Shown here one piece after another: positions 11,696-23,600 of a DNA stretch of 64,000 bases (positions are counted from its first letter, which is position 1; each line of letters opens with the position of its first letter). The stretch lies in NCBI RefSeq assembly GCF_006345805.1, contig NC_043001.1:6448001-6512000 (forward strand), given 5' to 3'. The stretch comes from Octopus sinensis (Eukaryota). A model generated the notes under the pieces. That model worked only from the letters and a program-made list of their open reading frames with translations. It had not been told where the DNA came from and ran no database searches. A program made the translations under genes and the position numbers.

Positions 11696-11985
11696 AAGGC
11701 GGCGAGCTGGCAGAATCGTTAACACGCCGGGCGAGATGCTTAGCGGTATTTCGTCTGTCTTTAAGTTCTGAGTTCAAATTCCGCCGAGATCGATCTTGCC
11801 TTTCATCCTTTCGGGGTCGATTAAATAAGTACCAGTTACGCACTGGGGTTGATATAATCGACTTAATCCATTTGTCTGTCCTTGTTTGTCCTCGCTGTGA
11901 TTAGCTCCTTGTGGGTAGTAAACAAATAGGTGTTTCGTCTGCCGTAACGTTCTGATTTCAAATTCCGCCGAGGTCGAATCAAACT
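11696..11985 (+). mobile_element. SINE family S2 (partially dimeric)
   Basis: aaggcggcgagctggcagaatcgtt head, then gttctgagttcaaattccgccgag, then the body. Confidence 0.85.
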
Positions 11986-12210
11986 AATTTTTTAGATTTT
12001 GAAATGTATCTAAAGAGAAGCTTGAATAAAAATGAAGACGAATGTCTGGAGATTTGATATGGAAAAATAACCTCAATTTTAAGTTTTCGCTGAAGAAATA
12101 TTACCAACGCGTTAATTAATTAAGTGTTTTTTTCTATTCCCTTTCAAACCGTTAAAAATTCATGCCAGAGTTTGGGATTTCTTCCGCTGAGTCAGGAAAA
12201 AATTATATAT

Positions 12211-12598
12211 TACTCTTTTACTCTTTTACTTGTTTCAGTCATTTAACTGCGGCCATGCTGGAGAACTGCCTTTAGTCGAGCAAATCGACTTTGTAAGCCC
12301 AGTACTTATTCTATCGGTCTCTTTTTGCCGAACCGCTATGTGACGGGGACGTAAACACACCAGCATCGGTTGTCAAGCAATGCTAGGGGGACAAACACAG
12401 ACACTCAAACACACACATACATATATATATATATACGACAGGCTTCTTTCAGTTTCCCTCTACCAAATCCACTCACAAGGCATTGGTCGGCCCGGGGCTA
12501 TAGCAGAAGACACTTGCCCAAGATACCACGCTGTGGGACTGAACCCGGAACCATGTGGTTGGTTAGCAAGCTACTTACCACACAGCCACTCCTGCGCC
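12211..12598 (-). mobile_element. S1 SINE, full length
   Basis: Runs from the tactcttttac tail to the ccacacagccactcctgcgcc head. Confidence 0.9.
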
Positions 12599-12670
12599 TA
12601 TATATTGTAATTCAGTAAATTAGAATCAGTTAGGTGTATGTTTGACTATCGGAATGCGTATATGCCACAT

Positions 12671-12705
<35 letters not shown>

Positions 12706-12964
12706 ACATAAATACACACATACACACAAACCTACATACATACATATATGTGTATGTGTGTGCGTGTGTGTAAGCTTCATTAGTTGTCCCCTGTTTTATC
12801 TACTCCGCATCCCTATCTTCGGAAGGTGGAGTACATAAAATAGGGGACAAGTTATGAAGGAAATATTCTTTATGTTGCCTGTCTCGTTTCTCATTTTGTT
12901 CAAGTTTTTTTCTGACGTCCTGTACCCATATCTGCATGTATATATACATATATAAGTAGTCAAG

Positions 12965-13089
12965 TAGAGTTCTTTATTTAAGAGTTGAGGAATTATGTAC
13001 ATTATTTACATTATTTACATTTGACGGAAAATTGTCCTTATCTTGCACACGGTTACATGGCTTGGAGGTTAAGAGCGCGGGCTGAATAA

Positions 13090-13163
<74 letters not shown>

Positions 13164-13214
13164 TTAATAATAATAATGATAATAATGATAATAATGATAA
13201 TAATAATAATAATA

Positions 13215-13264
<50 letters not shown>

Positions 13265-13406
13265 ATCGAAAAATACCTTAGGCGTGAGAACCTAGGTTCG
13301 AAATTTCCCCAAGACACCTAATGAAGGCTGGAAGATATATCAGCCGAAACGTTGTGTTAACAACAAACAAGATACGGACAAATATCTGTCAAATGTAAAT
13401 AATGTT
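12965..13406 (+). mobile_element. Family H1 copy A: inverted tail, partial tRNA head, (TAA)n(TGA)n, then hammerhead body
   Basis: Inverted tail at 12965-13045; head remnant atggcttggaggttaagagcgcgggct; motif at 13313-13358 gacac-CTAATGA-A-GGCTG..CAGCC-GAAACGTT-GTGTT (G5A). Confidence 0.8.
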
Positions 13407-13811
13407 GGCATGTATATGTATGTGTGCATATATGCATATAAATATTATTATATGATCGGACACCACGCATCCATTTCCAAGTATATATGTAAACTATATA
13501 AAACCACTATGTGAAACACTTATACGCTACAAATAGACGTCAAACCGGCTTACCATGAAATCTGTGTACATGTATGTATACAGAGGGAGTGAGAGAGAGT
13601 GAGAGAAAGAGGTAGAAAAATACAGAACCTCAGATATACTCAACATTAATTTTTCTATCACATTTCTAACTTCTCAAAATGTTTTCAATGGCCCTTACAT
13701 TAGTTACGTTCATTATTCAATTCTCACTTGAAAACCACGTTATTTGAACAGTGTTTCAGGTGTATATAACATGTTTTGTTTTTCTCCAGGTAATAATTTA
13801 TGTGAAAAATA

Positions 13812-14222
13812 TGTGGCTGTGAGGTAAGTAGCTTGTTTACCAACCACATGGTTCTGGGTTCATTCCCATTGCGTGGCACCCTGGGCAAGTGTCTTCTATT
13901 ATAGTTTCAGGCCGATCAAAGCCATGTGAGTGGATTTTGTAGACGGAAACTGGAAGAAGACCGTCGTATATATGTATATATATGTATGTGTGTATATGTT
14001 TGTGTGTCTGTGTTTGTCCCCCCCCCCACCATTGCTTGACAACCGATGGTGGTGTGTTTACATCCCCGTAACTTAGCGGTTCAGCAAAAGAGGCTGATAG
14101 AATAAGTACTAGACTTATAAAGAATAAGTCCTGGGGTCGATTTACTCGACTAAATGCCGTGCTCCAGCATGGCCACGGCCATAAGTATAAACAAGTAAAA
14201 GAGTAAAATAGAGTAAAATAGT
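13812..14222 (+). mobile_element. S1 SINE
   Basis: Head tgtggctgtgaggtaag, core ccctgggcaagtgtcttc, tail gtgctccagcatggccacggccataag. Confidence 0.9.
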
Positions 14223-14717
14223 ACTCTGACAGCCAATCTCGAACCGCAAGATTTCTATCAACCCAAATTACAGCAAAGCTTGATTTGACCTTATGATAGA
14301 CTACACGTTGCCAAATGAAATGCTCCACGCGCAACCACAGCTGTCGTCTTCTTTGGCTCTTCTTTATTCCTGAAATCTCACCTGTAATAAATGAATTTCT
14401 ATTCTTATATCTGTTTTGTTTTATATTTTGATGTTATCTTAATCACATCTTAATCATATTTATGACGTTGCGCACCTTCACTCAGGTCTTCATGGTTATT
14501 TCCTGTTCAGTGTTCTTCCTTCAACGTGTCCAGAAGTTTTATTGTCACATCGTGTCAAGAGAAAAGGAAAGGAGAAAAACGTCGTGCAGGAAACATTGAA
14601 ATTGCGGAAAGCAATATATTACGGAAATAACATTATGAAGCACAACGCTTCCGAAGACAATCATTTACAATAAACATTCGCCAGGAAGATCGGGAAGCTT
14701 GTTAACGGAAACAAATT

Positions 14718-14997
14718 TCTCTCAATAACATTTAAAATGGAATCAGCATTCATTTGCTTTATCTGCATAATTCTGGGATAAACAAATTTCTTTATTTTTT
14801 CGTTCATTATTATTGAATTTCATTACTATCAAATAAAATATGGTATTGCAACGCAAGTTATCCTATTCAGAATTCTTAAGAACAGTGGGAGCCCTTTATC
14901 TTTGTTCCATGCTGGGTGTTTTATTAATTCAAAAACAGTCGATCGAGCAAAATATTGGAAAAGAATCGCCTGGAATTCTGGTGTTCATATATTAATG
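14718..14997. repeat. Inverted duplication, partner of 9957-10235
   Basis: Reverse-complement match ending ...ctggtgttcatatattaatg. Confidence 0.9.
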
Positions 14998-15087
14998 GAG
15001 TTTTCCAACGGAAAAGATTTGTTTTTTGCCCTGATGGTCTGATTAGAAATGGATTAAGCTATCGAGTCGCAGATACCTATTACTGTT

Positions 15088-15585
15088 TATATTTTACTTG
15101 TATCAGTCTTCAGACAGCGGCCATGCGGGGGAAGCGCCTTGAAGGATGTTTAGTCGCATAAATCGACACCAGTAATTATTCATTTGTAACAGAGAACATA
15201 TTTTATCATTCTGTTTTGTCAAACCGCTAGGTTATAGTACATAAACATACCAGCACCAGTTGTTATGCTGAGGGTGGGGGATACAGGCACACACACACAC
15301 ATACACACATACACACACACGCACACACGCACAAATAAACGGACATATACATAAACACACAGACATACACACACCCACTACTACACACACAAACAAACGC
15401 GTAGACAGACACATGCACATATATGATGGGCTTCTTTCTGTTTCCCTCTACCAAATCTATTCTCGAGCTTTTGGTTGGTCTAAGTTTGGAGTAGAAGACA
15501 TTTTCCCAAGGTGTTACACAGTGGGGCTGAACCCGTAACCATGCGGTTGGGAAGAAAGCATCTGGCCACACAGCCACACCTGCCC
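15088..15585 (-). mobile_element. S1 SINE
   Basis: Tail cggccatgcgggggaagcgcc; head gggctgaacccgtaaccatg...ccacacagccacacctgc. Confidence 0.8.
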
Positions 15586-15865
15586 CTACGGAAATAATAT
15601 TAAACGTAAATGATTACAAATTATTATATTTTTTGTTTGTTTCATAATAGTGATTCTTTCGTTTTTACATCACCTGCTTTTAATGTTTTCGCGAATCTTC
15701 CAACCATGAGGAAGTTTGGAAATGTGGTAAACGTTTTTGTGTGTCATGGGATGATCACAATATAGAAAAGAATATGGAGGGAGCACAATGTGCAGGAAAT
15801 TCCTTTCAAGCATTCGCTGGAAAACCGTCTTCTCTGGCTCAGAGAGTAAGTAAATATTAGCAAAT

Positions 15866-16099
15866 AGGCGCAGGTGTTTTGTGGTAAGAAGCTTGCTTCC
15901 CAACCACACAGTTCCGGGTTCAGTCCCACTGCATGGCACTTTGGGCAAGTGTCTTCTAATATAGCCTCGGACCGACCAAAGACTTGCGAGTGGATTTGGT
16001 AGACGGAAACTGAAAGAAGCCCGTCGTATATATATATTATATATATATATATAATATATATATATATATACATATATATACACACACACACACACACAT

Positions 16100-16181
<82 letters not shown>

Positions 16182-16432
16182 GTATGTATGTATGTATACA
16201 TATATGTTAATACATGTATGTATTTGAGTGTCTGTGTTTGTCTCCCACCATCGCTTAACAACTGATGTTTTCTGCGTTTATGTCCCCGTGAACTAGCGGT
16301 TCGGCAAAAGGGACTGATAGAATATGTACCACGCTTACAAAGAATAAATCCTGGGGTCGATGTGTTCAACTAAATGCGGCGCTCCAGCATAGCAGCAGTT
16401 AAATGACTGAAGCAGGCTAAAGAAAGTAATAA
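15866..16432 (+). mobile_element. S1 SINE with expanded internal (TA)/(CA) repeat
   Basis: aggcgcaggtgttttgtggtaagaagcttgcttcccaaccac...gcgctccagcatagcagcagttaaatgactg. Confidence 0.9.
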
Positions 16433-17324
16433 AATGATATCTTACGTCTTGAGAAAATATGACTTGATGAAGTAATTCCAAATTGAAAAACTGTGACTTA
16501 TTATTCATAGAATAATTATGATTAAATTCTTTACAAATGTGTTTACGAGTAAGGAATGTGACGAAAGCAAAAGAAAAAATGCTATTTCTCATGCAATTGG
16601 CGATCGTGGAATTTGTTTTTTTTCCCTTGACAATACTTGCTATTCTTAGCATACACCAGAACATTCCTAGAAAATTATGATATGGATAGCATGTGCGAGT
16701 TATGCGTATTCACACATTCAAAGTAGTTACGAAATATTTGGGGATTTTCCAAGAAATAAGTGATATACATGACAAGTACATATACAAAAATTGTATAAAC
16801 GTAGCAACATGATCATTGTTCTACTTGGAACAAAATGGCGTCAAAATATCTCCTTTAAAGGATACTATAGTGCTTCAAAAGATAAGCGACGCAGGATTAA
16901 GATGATCTGGATTATACATCGAGTGAAAAATAGGAAATGTTGAAAACAATGTTTGGGACGTCTGATCGATGACAAACTATTTTGAAATATACAATGTGCA
17001 TACTTACATACATATACATCTAAATGCACACACACGCAAAAGATGGACTCTCCGGTCGGAGACGATTTATCAGCGCTTAGCTTTTGCCGAACGACTTGCG
17101 GAAATGATTTGTTTAGAGGGATCAAATGTCTATGCTGCACATTAGCTCATTCTCTCCATTAAATCGACATTGTCTGAAAAGGTTCGCTCTGTAGCATGCG
17201 TCAGATGTTGAAGTGATGACAGAGCAACGCGAGATGAAATGGTTTGTACAAAAACACAACACATCAACCGATCTAGGAATTGAAATTACGATCGCCAGAT
17301 CGCGAGTGCAAAACCCGAACCACT

Positions 17325-17399
<75 letters not shown>

Positions 17400-17400
17400 C
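17325..17400. repeat. (GATA)n microsatellite
   Basis: Direct reading. Confidence 0.95.
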
Positions 17401-18404
17401 ATCCATACGAACACATAAGGACAGGTATATTAAAAGAGGCCCCTAAGAAAACTCATTTACACAAAAGAGTCGGGAACCACTGTTAGAAGCCACTGTGAAA
17501 AGGTTTGGAACCATTGATGTTAATAATGAATTAAGGGAAATGAATGGATTTTAACTCAAGAAACAATCATTGCTCTCTGCAGTTAATTATCTATAAAAAC
17601 AATTCTACGCTTTTGAATAATAAATAATGTTGAGTATATTCTTTCAGTTGACCACAAGTAACTACAATATGAAAAAAGAAACTTTTAAATAATCGTGGTA
17701 CCAAACAAACCTATCCTCACTATCTGGTAATACGATACAATCTGCCTGTAAATATCTGTATTTGTATTTTTTTATGTATTACTTCTCTATTTGTGTCTAA
17801 TTGCACGGATACTGACATCGTGTCTCTAAACTCTTTTCTCGGCTCTAATAAATGTTCATATTCAGCGTTTTATTATTTACCTTCATATTCCAAACTTTTT
17901 CACTACTGACATTCAAAATTTAAGTTTGCTTGAGTTTATTTCACAATCAGACAATTCTCACTCAGTCGTTGTTATATATTTTCTCGTTGAAACTTTATCT
18001 CTTTCACCGACAGTTTTTGCCCTTTACTGTTATGAAGCCATAAAGGAAATCAACACTTATATTAAGTTAACTCAATCGTTATGAAATCAAATTACATTGC
18101 ACAGGCCACAATATATCATGTGCTCTCTTTTATTGTGCAATGGTGTGAAATTTTACCACCAAGTCCTAATATGAAAATCCATAATTTCAATGGTAGAATT
18201 CTCGACAGAGACACACTTAAACATTACTTTGCTACACAGTGTTAGCATTTGCTTCTATAAATTCTACCTTCATCCTAAATAAGACGACATTCAAATCTTT
18301 TTCCAAACTTTTATGTTGAATCAAAGTAAGCAGGCATAGTCATAATTCGGACAAATTTCTTCGGACAATCAAAGTTATATATGCTTAAGTAATGTTTTTG
18401 CTTG

Positions 18405-18524
18405 TTATTTTACTCATTACTGTCATTTTGACTGTGGCCATGATGAAGCACCGCCTCTTAGTCGAAAAAAAATCATCCCCCCGTGTTTATTCTTTATAAG
18501 GCTTGTAATTATTCTATCGGTATC

Positions 18525-18566
<42 letters not shown>

Positions 18567-18728
18567 ACGCGCTTCTTTCAGTTTCCGTCTACCGAATCCA
18601 CTCACAAGACTTTGGTCGGACAGCGGTTATAGTAGAAGACACATTCCTGAGGTGCCACGCTTTAGGACTCCACACGGACCCCCGTGGTTAGGAAGCAAGC
18701 TTCTTACAGCACAGCCACACCAGCGCCA
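18405..18728 (-). mobile_element. S1 SINE with internal deletion
   Basis: gactgtggccatgatgaagcaccgcc tail; gcttcttacagcacagccacaccagcgcc head. Confidence 0.8.
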
Positions 18729-19379
18729 TACAACAAAGGTAGGTTTATTGTATGAAATATCATAATTTATCAGTTGCATCGGCACAATATATCTACCTCG
18801 TTACGAATTAAACATGTTTGCCTCTTCAGTTGCTTCTTTCTGACTTTGCTGTACGTTTTGTTAATTTCTAATGACAAGAAACTCGATAATAGATATTAAA
18901 ATTCTTTCCCGCTACATTATAAACGGATATTTTTTCCGTATTATGAAGTAATTTAATGAGACAATCTCTTCGAAAATATTGCAATTCCAAAAATCGAGTA
19001 TATTTTATCGGAACCATATATTCTGCGTCTATTAGGTTACAATTTTTCTTTCTACTAGATTGCAATTCACGTTGCGGAAGACTTTCCTAACGTACGAGTC
19101 AACTTTAGTGGTCGTGCTCGATTTGAAATTACAAAAGTACGGATAATGCTACAATCAATGCTGAATATTACGATAAAATAATTTGTACTGAAGTGTGGTG
19201 ATATTCTTCAAACGAAATCTAATGGCGATTGATTATTCTAGGCACGCAATGAGCTTTCATGGAGGAAATATAATTTAGAGAGAGACAAAGAACAGCATCA
19301 AAGTGTATGACATTTTTAATCTATATCTATCTATATTTCTTCTTTCTCTCTCTCTCTCTCTCTCTCTCTTATGTGCGTG

Positions 19380-19420
<41 letters not shown>

Positions 19421-19627
19421 TATATATATATAATACATCTATATATATGTATACACATATTACAATATATATATATGTATATACATATATATATAGGCAC
19501 ACATGCGTATAATATTATATATGTATGTATGTATGTATGTACCAACTCAATATATGTATATGTTTATATATATAATTTTATGTAGCATTTGTGTATATGA
19601 GTGTGTATTTGTAAGTATATATATATA

Positions 19628-19670
<43 letters not shown>

Positions 19671-20137
19671 TATATGTATGTAGTATGTGGGTATGTATGC
19701 GCATGGTTACTTTTGAACCATACTAATATATTTATAAACCGAATAACGTTTTTACAGAAGTCAGACTAAAAATGGAAAGCGGAACGTCACCTATCTCCGT
19801 GCACTGTTACACCTGTTGCCAATGTAATATTCCGGCTTTACTCAATAACATTCCGACAGGCATGGCCCAATGTGTCACAAATATTGGACTTGTGCTTGAG
19901 AGAATTTGTTGAGGATATGTTAAATGAAAATCAAATCTGGGAATGAGAGAACAGATTAAATTTATAGTTTGAAATACTTTCTGAACTGTGATGCGGGCTG
20001 ACGTTTATTGGATGTCGAATGTGAATTCTCCTTCATCAATGTACACGTATACAAATACACATATTCAGACATATAAACACATATGAATTTTTAGAAATAT
20101 ATATGTATGTATACGTACCCACAACACGCCCACGGGT

Positions 20138-20230
20138 GAGCACATAAGTGCAAAACGAGGTGAAAGAAATAGTCCTGGAATAACAACTGCACGACGAACG
20201 GGAACGTGAAACACTGAGTAACAGGCTAGT
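20138..20230 (+). mobile_element. Degenerate H2 copy with hammerhead-like motif at 20186-20224
   Basis: ctgc-ACGACGA-ACG GGAA CGT-GAAAC actga GTA-acag. Confidence 0.55.
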
Positions 20231-20586
20231 GATAATAATTGTATGTACGAGTGTGTGTATATGTATATATATTTATTTATTTTATTTGTTTGTTTGTGTA
20301 TACATTCATACACAAACACACACACACACACAACACACACACACACACAGAAATATGAAAATATGTATAAATAAACAAAATTTATATATATATAACGATT
20401 TAAGGTACCGTACGAGTGAAAATATATATGAAAAAGGATTGGAACCATGTGGTTGGTTATCAAGCTACTTACCACACATCCACTCCTGTGCCTATATAGC
20501 CACTCCTGCGCTTATATAAGCCACTCCGCGCCTATGTAGCCACTGCTGCGCCTATTATATATATATATATATATCTATATATATAT

Positions 20587-20618
<32 letters not shown>

Positions 20619-23600
20619 CTAGCAGCATAGCCCGGCGTTGCCCGGGTATGTAAGAGCCCCTAGTAGGCAACGACTAATCCCAATGTAGTCCTTCCCTCCA
20701 GGGAACGAAGGTGCATGTGGACGTTGCAATGTCTTGTCTTCACTGGAATACTTTGTATATACGATGTTCCTAGCTGTCCGTTGGGCGAAAACATGAAAAC
20801 ATCATTGCGCCTCCCAACGCGTGAACAGCCCACGTAGAGTTGACCGTGGGCGAAGCACTGTTCGCCCAAATGTAACCCAGCGACTTGTAGCGTTTGGCCT
20901 TGGGATTTATTGATGGGACATTGCGAAGCAGAGTTTAACAGGAAACTGAGAACGCCTGAAGTGGATTGGTAGGTCAGCGCCCGACGGTTGAAGGTGCATC
21001 CGTGGAATGAAGACGTCCTCTCCCTTCCCACAACCGGTAAGTATTGTGGCCGTTATTAAATGTGGTGCCAAATGTTTCACAACCAAAACGTGTGCCGTTG
21101 CACTGTTTAGGTGGAACCAAATTCCTGATGAGCATATGGGCGCACCGACTTTTAACTTCAGGAGTGTGTGGTGGCAGGCCTGGCGGTTCAAGTGAATTCA
21201 GGAATTCAACAGGATAATCGGCAAGCTGGGCGGGGTCTGCTGTCCTATCTATAGATTTGTAGACGTGGACATCACCAGGAATAGCTTAAGTAGCTGGATA
21301 TGATGGAGTTGACGGTTGTAGTTTGTGCGTGCGAGATAGCTCTGCCTGCCAGCCATTTTAGGTCGCGTAAATTGTTTTGTAGGTCGTGGAAGACAGCGTC
21401 CCGGAGGCTAGCAGGGGTGTCGACAATGGTGCAAAGTGAGTCCAATTGAACGTAGCCATCCGCATCAGACAGCATCCTATTTTCACCGAGCAATAAGAGG
21501 TCCCTGGAGAATGCAGCGGATCCGCTGTCACCAATTAACTGCGCGCGCATGTTAGTTTGGAGGTGCAAGGCCGCACATGTGCCCAAAGAGCTGACGACTT
21601 AAGGCACGCGCGCACGGCATCGGCACGGGTTCTTTTGGAATAACAAGAGTCTGCCTGAAGCCTCCTGAAAGAAGTAAAGTTAATCCTCCCATGGGGGCCG
21701 TAGAGTCTTGCAGGGACCTGTCCAGTGCCTCAAGGGCGCCTTTGTGTGCCATAGTGCACTCGTCCCATACGATGAGTTTGCATCTGCGCAGAATGTCGGC
21801 CTGTTCTGAGTTCTTGGCGATGTTGCAGATAGGTGACTCGGACTTTGCCAGATCGAGCGGGAGTCTGAAGGCAGAGTGGGCGGTTCTGCCACCCGGAAGC
21901 AACGTGGCCGCGATACAGAGGAAGCTACAGCCAGGGCAATGTCCGTGTTGCGTCTGACCTCTGCCAGAATTAGTTTAGTGACGAAGGTTTGCCAGTGCCG
22001 CCGGGTGCATCAAGGAAGGAAAAAACCCCCCACGTTGCTGTCTGACAGAGTCTACGATGGTGTTGTAGGCTATGCGCTGGTCTGGAAGCAGCCGTGGTTC
22101 ATTATCTTGGACGTACTGGTGCAGTTTCCTCAATGCAGTAGGAAGTTTCGCGTAACAATTCAGCAGACATAACATTGGCGTGTTCACGTGTGGGTGGTGG
22201 AAGGCCGTACTCTGTTAAAGCAGACCCACCCATATCGATGACAGCGTCTTCGAGTTGAATGAGCGCAAAATTGTAAATGAAGTTGGTGAACGTGATCTCG
22301 GCGGAAGGGCAGTGTTGCTGAGCCGTACGTAAGAAGTCGTGCGACATGTCATCCCTGTATTTCATCCAGAGACTTAGTGGATCACTAAGCTGACATTTTT
22401 GAAGAAGGATTGCGAAAAGATGTCGTAGGGCCGAATGCGTTTGCAGTAAAGCACCCTCGGCCATCGTGGCGTCCCACTGGGAGTCATCCTCTAGAAGGCC
22501 AAGTCTCATACATGCTTCCCTGAAGGTGTCGCACAGAAACCCATTGACGGTACGTATATTGGCGAAACCTGTTGGACCAGTGACCTCATGTAGAAGGAGA
22601 CGGAGGAGGTAGAAGCATTCTTGCTGGTTTGGCGGGATGTTGTAAACTCGACCCAGGCAGGAGTCAAACTTGACGCCTGGGAAGCTTTCGACGTTTTTGC
22701 CGGATTTCCGTCGAACCCAGGTGTTTTTAGACCACACGAAGTACGATGGGACCTGTGGGTACAAAAGCGTTCGAGCGAAGTCATCACGTTGGCATAATTT
22801 GAAGAAACCAGTCAACGTTGTGTCTTTAGGGCTGGTGGCTATCTGCACAGCACTTTGCTCTGTGAAGTAAATCTGCTGTCCATTTTCCAAGTGTACAGCA
22901 AGCTGCACCACAGCCGGGTGTCTCTGATGGAGCGGGAAGCGGTAAATGCTCCAAAACGCTTCGTTGCTGCTGAGGTACCGTACGGCCAGCCAAGTAGTTG
23001 GACATTCGTCGCGACTGGTGGTCCTCTGGATGCTGAACATGGCAGCATCGCTGCCTTTGTTGATATATTTGCAGACATATTGTATTGACCTGATGGAGCT
23101 GCAGAACTCAACGTTGACGTGGGCTTTGAATATCTTCGACAGAGAGGGACAGTAGGGGACAATGTAGCTGTTGTCCACTTGATGTCGCCCAACCGTAATC
23201 GTGCGGCCTCCATTGGCTGGACTCCTTCGTTTGTACAGCGGATACCCATCGCCGCCTGTTTGAGTCTCCAAGTGAACCGTTTAGGGAATCCCTTTGAGCA
23301 GGCTAATCCGTTTTTGTAGCATGGTGTGTTGGCGTAATTTGGTCCACAGGGCCCGTGTACCATGGTAGTGCGGACAATTTCGTAGAGTCCGGGGTCCTCA
23401 TCGGGGTCAGGAATCTCGGCGGAAATGAATTTGTCAATGTCATTAGTCTCGATTTTATGAGTGAGCCAAATTAAGATGTGAGCATGTGGCAAGCACCTCT
23501 TTTGCCACTCGACCGAAAACATGTGGCACCTGACATGCCCGAAAATCTGACTCTTAACTATCAAATCCTTCATTTTGCCCAAATTCAGACGGAAAACCCT

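Noticed and set aside
14800-15040. About 75 open codons shared by both arms of the 280-bp inverted duplication
   Set aside because: The differences between arms change amino acids and the upstream frame is shifted, so there is no sign of coding constraint.
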